This document shows, piece after piece, positions 1 through 7,394 of a stretch of DNA of 14,014 nucleotides. The first letter of the stretch is position 1; each line of letters opens with the position of its first letter. The notes under the pieces were generated by a model. The model searched no databases. It saw only the letters and a program-made list of their open reading frames with translations, and was not told the DNA's origin. Position numbers and translations under genes: made by a program. The stretch comes from Lepidodermella squamata (lineage: Eukaryota > Animalia > Gastrotricha), in the NCBI GenBank assembly GCA_047495785.1, contig JBLDXI010000138.1, forward strand, positions 1 through 14,014. The letters run 5' to 3'.

Positions 1-1108
1 CACGTCAATTTTCTCTCGCATTCCTTTCCTTATCCGCTACCTTGTTATAATAATCGGAAATTTAGTGTTCATCTTCTTCGCTTTCCTGCTAAAACCCGAT
101 GCTTTTGCTGCTTATGACATGTGTGCTGTTCAGCATAAATTCAGCCATACCAACTTTGAATCTAAAACCTATTACGCTTTATTCATATCGTTTTTCTTCG
201 CCAATTTGTTTGTCATGTGCTATCAACAGGAGAAAAATAACCGACTTGATTTCTTGCTGCGAGACGGGGCGAAAAAGAAGGAGATGGAACTGAACAAAAA
301 GCTGGCGCAAAATAGCGCTTTATTGGAGAATATCCTGCCATCTCATGTCATTGAATGGTACCTGGCTTCGGAAACTGTTACAACGGTAATAAATTTGTAA
401 TAAATTTAAAATTTTCATCAATTTTGACAGGCCTTGTACGTCCGATCCCACGAACAAGTTTGCATTTTATTCGCGAAAATCACGAACTACACTTTCGAAG
501 ACACATCTCGTGAGAGTAGGCGATTCAGCCGAGGTGATGCGAGCCCTCAACGAAATAACAGCCGCTTTCGACAACCTGATGGACCAGCACGAGTACTCCA
601 AGTACATTGAAAAAATCAAAATCAACCAGACAATGTTCATGTACGCCGCTGGCCTCGGATCAGGGGTCGATTTCGACGCAGCCGCTTTGATTCTTCTGGA
701 ATTTGCTGCTAACATGTTCGATGTCCTTCGAAAATTGAACTCTCAAATCAGCTATGATTATCAGTTACGCGTCGGGCTTCATTGCGGACCTGTTGTCGCA
801 GGAGTAATTGGGTCATCAATGTAATAAATTTTTAATTTTTTTTAATTTTTTTTTAATTTTCTATAATTTTAAGGCCTTTGTATGACATTCTCGGTGATAC
901 GGTGAATTTTGCCTCACGTTTGGAAAGTTGCGGCCAGGATGGGTTTATTTTGGTGTCAAAAGAAGTTAATCAGCACTACCTGGATTGCGGGTTGACCTTT
1001 CATCGCGAGATCAAGCCGTACATCAAAGGTGTTGGTTACCGCCGAGTTTACATCTACACGCCGGTACAAGTTATCGATTTCATGAAAGAACTTCGCGAAA
1101 TGGCTTGA
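1..1108 (+). pseudogene. Inverted partial copy of the adenylyl cyclase 3' end (end of M2 plus C2a), cut by the window edge and interrupted by a 19-bp insertion
   Basis: Reverse complement of 7395..8483. Exons <1-385, 431-820 and 874-1108. The ORF translations match the right-arm copy apart from the insertion at 501-519, which shifts the frame and is probably an artefact, so pseudogene status is uncertain. Confidence 0.7.
501..517 (+). other. Probable untrimmed PacBio barcode bc1003 (ACACATCTCGTGAGAG) plus T overhang; sequencing artefact
   Basis: Absent from the mirror copy: the right arm reads TTCGAAG^GCGATT, the left arm TTCGAAG-ACACATCTCGTGAGAGT-AG-GCGATT. The 16-mer has no homopolymer run and matches my recollection of bc1003; I could not check it against the vendor file. 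Confidence 0.85.
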
Positions 1109-1206
1109 ATTATTTTATTTCGCCTCGTGAAAATGTTATAATGATGCTTGCATATTATTGAATAATGGTCTCGTGCATTTTCGGTGATATGATTTTCAAA
1201 CGACAT

Positions 1207-1753
1207 TTATGGGTCAGTTTTCCGATTTTTCATTCCTGGAACGCCGCGCTCGTCTATTTCGTTGTATAGCCTGCAGGTAAAACAGGGCCAACAACAAGCA
1301 GCTTCAACGCCTTCGCTCCACATATTTTGCTAAGAGAATTAAATTAACAAAAATTATTCAAATCTAAATTAAATTTTACCTCGATTCCAGTGAGAGTTCG
1401 ATAACGAACATTAAGGGGCAATACCCCGCAACATGGCCCGTAACAAAAATTTTCCTTCAATTTTTGAGCTATTAAGGCGGCTGCAATAGCTGGACAAAAT
1501 GCTGTCAGAAAACCTGTCAAAAAAAAAACAAATCAATTTAGACTACCTATTTTAAATGAATAAAAATTAATTTACAAAATTGGACGTGTTTCGTGCATCC
1601 GAATAATTTGTTCGAATACTGATGACCCGGGTCTGCTTCAGAAACTAAAGCCTCAGCGTCATGTCGCTGCTCTTCTTCAGCCTGAGTTTGGTGTTCCGGC
1701 TGTGATGAGATAATTGTCACTTTGATCTCCTCGACGCCGTCCGCTTGCGACAT
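1207..1753 (-). CDS. Inverted duplicate of PLAC8-family gene B
   Basis: Reverse complement of 6750..7296, with exons 1753-1576, 1513-1380, 1329-1207. The exon-1 translation in the ORF track is identical. Confidence 0.8.
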
Positions 1754-2339
1754 GATGTTTCAAACGAATTATGAAAAATTAAAAAGTAAATTTGTCAATT
1801 TCGCGGTTTACAAAACTGGTGGCGTGGCGCGCCTCACAGCCACCAGCACTCGGCGTTTGTTGAAAAGACGGTCACGTTCGAGATGCCTGTGAATGTCGCG
1901 CAACTTGAGGAGGTCAACAACTTGCGAGGCGCAAAACGTGACGTCAATATTGCCGCGCCACGTGCGTCCATTTTTACAACGCTATGAGGCCAAATTCACA
2001 TAGCCTAAATCCTTAATTTATACCCAAATAATGAAATATATCAAACAAATAGTCGAGACAAATAGAAAAAATAGTTTACTTTTTTTTAATAAATTATAAA
2101 AATAAAGCTGAACAGCAGAGAAAATTTGCCAGCATATTGAAAATAATTCAGTATAATTATGGATGAAATAAGAATATCAAGCATGATTTTCAGAACAAGG
2201 AAATAATCATCAATTTTATGTACATCATAATATCTCGGAGTTGCTTGTCCATCATTCTCACAGGTGTTGTAACAGAGCTGCCGGTGACCGGAATTTATCA
2301 CTCATCAGTAAAAATAGTCTTATAATAAAAATTTGAAAA

Positions 2340-3133
2340 TTAATTATGGCCGCGGACTCGCATCTCGTTCAACAATCTAGCGCAAAGAAATATGGGTCAA
2401 CAATTTGTGAAATGCTAAAAATCGCTAAATTTACCTGCACATCATGCACTGAGGGCACCAACACCATAAGCAAGCTGAGAAATAATTAATTTTTAGAATA
2501 TAAAAACAGGAACCGCCTTAAAAAAAATTTACCTTCCCCACACATGCCCATCTCAATTCTGTGTAGAGTTCGGAAGCGAACCGAAACAGAAACGATGCCT
2601 GAAATTGAGATAAATTGGGTAAATTTCGTAGAATTTCCTTATATTTTACCATTTGGAAAGAAGGCTGGGTAACAGCAATTTTCGTTAAGCTTATTAGCAG
2701 CAATGCACTGAGCGACTGGAAAGCAGAAGAACACCAGGGCGCCTTAAAAAAAATGATGTGCGTATAAGATGAATGATGATTTTAAGCGGAATTTTTTCTC
2801 ACATGTTCCACAGCTGTTCATGCAATCGCAAAGGCTTATTTGCCAATTGGGGTTCTCAGGCTTTTTATCCAATGCACCGCCGCCCGTATTCACGTTGATC
2901 TGCATGGTAGGCATCGGCTGGTGGGTGACTGGGTACCCACCCATAGGTTGCTGCTGGCCATAACCAGGTCCGCCGTACTGCTGGTGACCGCCGTAACCCT
3001 GCTGCCCGCCGTACTGCTGTTGCCCGCCGTAGGGCTGTTGTCCGTAAGGTCCTACTTGCGCCATAGAGCTTCTGTTAGGGCTTCCGTATTGACTTTTGCC
3101 GTAATAGCCGCCTTGTTGTTGGCTGTTGCTCAT
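2340..3133 (-). CDS. Inverted duplicate of PLAC8-family gene A
   Basis: Reverse complement of 5371..6163, with exons 3133-2803, 2742-2650, 2598-2533, 2474-2435, 2376-2340. The only difference seen is A8 versus T7 in intron 1 (2746-2753 versus 5751-5757), which does not affect the spliced frame. Confidence 0.8.
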
Positions 3134-3805
3134 GCAATGACAAGTACTTTATATGTGCGCCTGAGAGATGAGAAGCGAGTGGCTTTTTAAAAAAAATCGA
3201 AAAAACGCGTGGGTAAATACACAGCACAGCAGCTATTGGTTGCTAGTTAACTTCGGTTTAACACAACACAAGGAAAACAGCGTGTTTTTAAATGACTAAA
3301 CATACTAATAGCTCGACGAGGACGGCTAGGGGGAGACTCCGCCTGCTGGTAGCTATAGGCAGGGTGAGAATGGGTAGATCAAGCGTGACGAAGCGAAAAC
3401 GCCGCCGCTGTTTTCTATCGATTCACCGAGGTGCAGTTGATGCGCGCAAGAAAAAAATACATCTGCTGGCGTCCTTAGCAACACATCGCGCCATAAATAT
3501 TCATACGATTATCGGTTTGCAATTGTATTTTTTATGTTTAAAAATGAGTTCGAACAGACGAAACAAAGCGAGATGATTCGTATGTCGCCTCGTGGGCGGT
3601 TCAACCCTTCTCCCTTCGAAATATTTCGTCTAGTTTTGCGGGAAAACCGGAGGCCCGCAGCAATTAAGCGATTTTAATTATTCATCTCCTTTGGCTCTTC
3701 TTGATCCAGAACAATAAAAACAAAGTTTTGATAAGCAATATTTGACTTTGACATCTGAATTAATCCTTTCTGGTTTAAGAAGCAATAAATTGAAGAATAC
3801 TTTAA

Positions 3806-4698
3806 CCCGTCAGAAAATTGTGTTTTTGCTCAGCAAAGTTTTTTTTCGTCAGAACCTATTTTATTTCTTCAGCAAAGGTATTTTCCTCCTCAGCAAGTGT
3901 TAATAATTTTAATTTATTATTTTTTCGAATTTTTGTCACGCGTGTGCTCGTTTGTGAGCGGCTAAGGCTACTGCGCCCAGATAACAGACGACTAGTTGTT
4001 GTGGATCTGAGAGTGAACTTTTCATTTTTCCAAGGTCGAAGAGTGCCGATTTTCCAAAATTATCGAAAATATGAAAAAATTCCCTCCAATTTGAGCCCTT
4101 TTCTAGAGAAAACAGGCCGAAGAGGGTTTTTGAGTTTTCATTTTGGTAGTTGTTGGAACAACCAAAACAAACAGCTGGTTACGCCACTGGGCAGAAATAG
4201 CCTTTTCGGGTTAGCAGTGGTGTGAAACCAAAAATGAAACGCCAAGTGTGATATTACAGATGCCTGAAGGGAATCAGAACAGTTTAAATTCGTGCTCCGA
4301 AATCGAGAAGGCTGACGCGTGTCACATCGTGGTCGAACTTTGCGGGCCGAAAACTGGCACTTCATGTCAAGCCGCCCCGATCAAAGTTCGCCCCGAGTCC
4401 TCAACCAGGACACACTCGCTTGCACCAGTTCTCTGAGGCGCAAAAACGCAAAGCGTTGCGCAAATTTAAGTATTTCACTTCACTCTGTCATGTGGATCTG
4501 ATTAGGCGAAAAATTTGCGATAAAATTGCTGCTAATAACTTGCTAATAAACTTGCTAAGCGCGTTGTAATGGCTCTAACTCTTTGCAACTAATAGTATAA
4601 ATTATTACTCATTAGTTGATTAACACTTGCTGAGGAGAAAAATAGCTTTGCTGAAGAAATAAAATAGATTCTGACGAAAAGAATAAATTTTCTGAGGG
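3806..4698. mobile_element. Non-autonomous piggyBac-like element (MITE), 893 bp
   Basis: TTAA at 3802-3805 and 4699-4702. Termini are CCCGTCAGAAAATT and AATTTTCTGAGGG; CCC...GGG ends with a TTAA target are piggyBac hallmarks. Imperfect terminal and subterminal inverted repeats lie at 3806-3904 and 4619-4698, built from ~20-bp units. No transposase ORF is recognisable inside. Confidence 0.8.
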
Positions 4699-5198
4699 TT
4701 AAAGTATTCTTCAATTTATTGCTTCTTAAACCAGAAAGGATTAATTCAGATGTCAAAGTCAAATATTGCTTATCAAAACTTTGTTTTTATTGTTCTGGAT
4801 CAAGAAGAGCCAAAGGAGATGAATAATTAAAATCGCTTAATTGCTGCGGGCCTCCGGTTTTCCCGCAAAACTAGACGAAATATTTCGAAGGGAGAAGGGT
4901 TGAACCGCCCACGAGGCGACATACGAATCATCTCGCTTTGTTTCGTCTGTTCGAACTCATTTTTAAACATAAAAAATACAATTGCAAACCGATAATCGTA
5001 TGAATATTTATGGCGCGATGTGTTGCTAAGGACGCCAGCAGATGTATTTTTTTCTTGCGCGCATCAACTGCACCTCGGTGAATCGATAGAAAACAGCGGC
5101 GGCGTTTTCGCTTCGTCACGCTTGATCTACCCATTCTCACCCTGCCTATAGCTACCAGCAGGCGGAGTCTCCCCCTAGCCGTCCTCGTCGAGCTATTA

Positions 5199-5343
5199 GT
5201 ATGTTTAGTCATTTAAAAACACGCTGTTTTCCTTGTGTTGTGTTAAACCGAAGTTAACTAGCAACCAATAGCTGCTGTGCTGTGTATTTACCCACGCGTT
5301 TTTTCGATTTTTTTTAAAAAGCCACTCGCTTCTCATCTCTCAG
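5199..5343 (+). other. Possible 5'UTR intron (or trans-splice acceptor) of PLAC8 gene A
   Basis: Donor-like GTATGT at 5199 and a pyrimidine-rich acceptor ttctcatctctCAG ending at 5343, 27 nt before the ATG. No in-frame upstream ATG was found. Confidence 0.35.
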
Positions 5344-5370
5344 GCGCACATATAAAGTACTTGTCATTGC

Positions 5371-6163
5371 ATGAGCAACAGCCAACAACAAGGCGGCTAT
5401 TACGGCAAAAGTCAATACGGAAGCCCTAACAGAAGCTCTATGGCGCAAGTAGGACCTTACGGACAACAGCCCTACGGCGGGCAACAGCAGTACGGCGGGC
5501 AGCAGGGTTACGGCGGTCACCAGCAGTACGGCGGACCTGGTTATGGCCAGCAGCAACCTATGGGTGGGTACCCAGTCACCCACCAGCCGATGCCTACCAT
5601 GCAGATCAACGTGAATACGGGCGGCGGTGCATTGGATAAAAAGCCTGAGAACCCCAATTGGCAAATAAGCCTTTGCGATTGCATGAACAGCTGTGGAACA
5701 TGTGAGAAAAAATTCCGCTTAAAATCATCATTCATCTTATACGCACATCATTTTTTTAAGGCGCCCTGGTGTTCTTCTGCTTTCCAGTCGCTCAGTGCAT
5801 TGCTGCTAATAAGCTTAACGAAAATTGCTGTTACCCAGCCTTCTTTCCAAATGGTAAAATATAAGGAAATTCTACGAAATTTACCCAATTTATCTCAATT
5901 TCAGGCATCGTTTCTGTTTCGGTTCGCTTCCGAACTCTACACAGAATTGAGATGGGCATGTGTGGGGAAGGTAAATTTTTTTTAAGGCGGTTCCTGTTTT
6001 TATATTCTAAAAATTAATTATTTCTCAGCTTGCTTATGGTGTTGGTGCCCTCAGTGCATGATGTGCAGGTAAATTTAGCGATTTTTAGCATTTCACAAAT
6101 TGTTGACCCATATTTCTTTGCGCTAGATTGTTGAACGAGATGCGAGTCCGCGGCCATAATTAA
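5371..6163 (+). CDS. PLAC8/cornifelin-family (DUF614) cysteine-rich protein A, about 188 aa, with a G/Q/Y-rich N-terminus
   Basis: Inferred exons 5371-5701, 5761-5853, 5905-5970, 6029-6068, 6127-6163 (GT-AG introns of 59, 51, 58, 58 bp). Spliced C-terminal part: WQISLCDCMNSCGTCALVFFCFPVAQCIAANKLNENCCYPAFFPNGIVSVSVRFRTLHRIEMGMCGEACLWCWCPQCMMCRLLNEMRVRGHN*. This fits the PLAC8 pattern W..L.DC...C....FC.P ... R.R..I ... C.PC..C....E. Confidence 0.88.
5473..5544 (+). repeat. 18-bp coding tandem repeat (YGGQQQ-like, about 4 copies)
   Basis: TACGGCGG starts at 5473, 5491, 5509 and 5527, encoding YGGQQQ YGGQQG YGGHQQ YGGPG. Mirrored at about 2960-3031. Confidence 0.85.
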
Positions 6164-6538
6164 TTTTCAAATTTTTATTATAAGACTATTTTTACTGATG
6201 AGTGATAAATTCCGGTCACCGGCAGCTCTGTTACAACACCTGTGAGAATGATGGACAAGCAACTCCGAGATATTATGATGTACATAAAATTGATGATTAT
6301 TTCCTTGTTCTGAAAATCATGCTTGATATTCTTATTTCATCCATAATTATACTGAATTATTTTCAATATGCTGGCAAATTTTCTCTGCTGTTCAGCTTTA
6401 TTTTTATAATTTATTAAAAAAAAGTAAACTATTTTTTCTATTTGTCTCGACTATTTGTTTGATATATTTCATTATTTGGGTATAAATTAAGGATTTAGGC
6501 TATGTGAATTTGGCCTCATAGCGTTGTAAAAATGGACG

Positions 6539-6564
6539 CACGTGGCGCGGCAATATTGACGTCA
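6539..6564. promoter_or_regulatory. Candidate promoter elements of PLAC8 gene B: E-box CACGTG and full CRE TGACGTCA
   Basis: CACGTG at 6539-6544 and TGACGTCA at 6557-6564 sit in a CpG-rich patch (~6530-6700) within AT-rich intergenic DNA, about 190 bp upstream of the ATG at 6750. The CRE is mirrored at 1939-1946. Motif match only. Confidence 0.5.
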
Positions 6565-6749
6565 CGTTTTGCGCCTCGCAAGTTGTTGACCTCCTCAAGT
6601 TGCGCGACATTCACAGGCATCTCGAACGTGACCGTCTTTTCAACAAACGCCGAGTGCTGGTGGCTGTGAGGCGCGCCACGCCACCAGTTTTGTAAACCGC
6701 GAAATTGACAAATTTACTTTTTAATTTTTCATAATTCGTTTGAAACATC

Positions 6750-7296
6750 ATGTCGCAAGCGGACGGCGTCGAGGAGATCAAAGTGACAATTATCTCATCA
6801 CAGCCGGAACACCAAACTCAGGCTGAAGAAGAGCAGCGACATGACGCTGAGGCTTTAGTTTCTGAAGCAGACCCGGGTCATCAGTATTCGAACAAATTAT
6901 TCGGATGCACGAAACACGTCCAATTTTGTAAATTAATTTTTATTCATTTAAAATAGGTAGTCTAAATTGATTTGTTTTTTTTTTGACAGGTTTTCTGACA
7001 GCATTTTGTCCAGCTATTGCAGCCGCCTTAATAGCTCAAAAATTGAAGGAAAATTTTTGTTACGGGCCATGTTGCGGGGTATTGCCCCTTAATGTTCGTT
7101 ATCGAACTCTCACTGGAATCGAGGTAAAATTTAATTTAGATTTGAATAATTTTTGTTAATTTAATTCTCTTAGCAAAATATGTGGAGCGAAGGCGTTGAA
7201 GCTGCTTGTTGTTGGCCCTGTTTTACCTGCAGGCTATACAACGAAATAGACGAGCGCGGCGTTCCAGGAATGAAAAATCGGAAAACTGACCCATAA
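6750..7296 (+). CDS. PLAC8/cornifelin-family cysteine-rich protein B, about 144 aa
   Basis: Inferred exons 6750-6927, 6990-7123, 7174-7296 (introns of 62 and 50 bp). Spliced: ...YSNKLFGCTKHVQFCFLTAFCPAIAAALIAQKLKENFCYGPCCGVLPLNVRYRTLTGIEQNMWSEGVEAACCWPCFTCRLYNEIDERGVPGMKNRKTDP*. It aligns with protein A (KLNENCCY/KLKENFCY, VRFRTL/VRYRTL, CRLLNE/CRLYNE). Confidence 0.88.
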
Positions 7297-7394
7297 ATGT
7301 CGTTTGAAAATCATATCACCGAAAATGCACGAGACCATTATTCAATAATATGCAAGCATCATTATAACATTTTCACGAGGCGAAATAAAATAAT

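Larger units (their letters stand above)
1..3805. repeat. Left arm of the giant inverted repeat (at least 3.8 kb; may extend beyond the window start)
   Basis: ORFs occur as mirrored identical pairs with constant coordinate sums: 8504 near the centre, 8503 beyond the homopolymer indel, 8484 beyond the 19-bp insertion. Base 1 pairs with 8483 (cacgtcaattttc / gaaaattgacgtg). Confidence 0.98.

Noticed and set aside
499-519. The 19-bp insertion as a transposon footprint with an AG target duplication
   Set aside because: It does not resemble the ends of either local element and is better explained as barcode plus T at a read start.
3810-3904. Periodic repeats as a CRISPR array
   Set aside because: The period is only about 20 bp with no unique spacers, the context is eukaryotic, and the array is mirrored at the other end of a transposon.
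3818-4501. ORFs inside the central element as a transposase
   Set aside because: They are short, mutually overlapping, partly translate the terminal repeats, and show no recognisable DDD/DDE or Cys-rich piggyBac motifs.
4928-5212. 94-aa ORF (and its mirror at 3292-3576)
   Set aside because: No recognisable domain, and it is antisense to the likely promoter/5'UTR of gene A. Its duplication simply reflects the palindrome.
5351-5356. TATAAA as the TATA box of PLAC8 gene A
   Set aside because: It is only 14 nt before the ATG and lies downstream of an acceptor-like CAG, so it is more likely 5'UTR.
5702-5985. The 204-aa ORF versus the 129+61-aa mirror ORFs, read as a frameshifted pseudogene copy
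   Set aside because: The ORF reads through introns out of frame. The 1-bp difference lies in the poly-T of intron 1, so both copies splice to the same protein; it is probably a homopolymer error.
6190-6417. 71-aa ORF, or a C/D snoRNA/SECIS suggested by TGATGA...CTGA
   Set aside because: The ORF has a non-ATG start in AT-rich 3'UTR-like DNA. I saw no terminal stem or canonical SECIS geometry, and there is no in-frame UGA in the upstream CDS.
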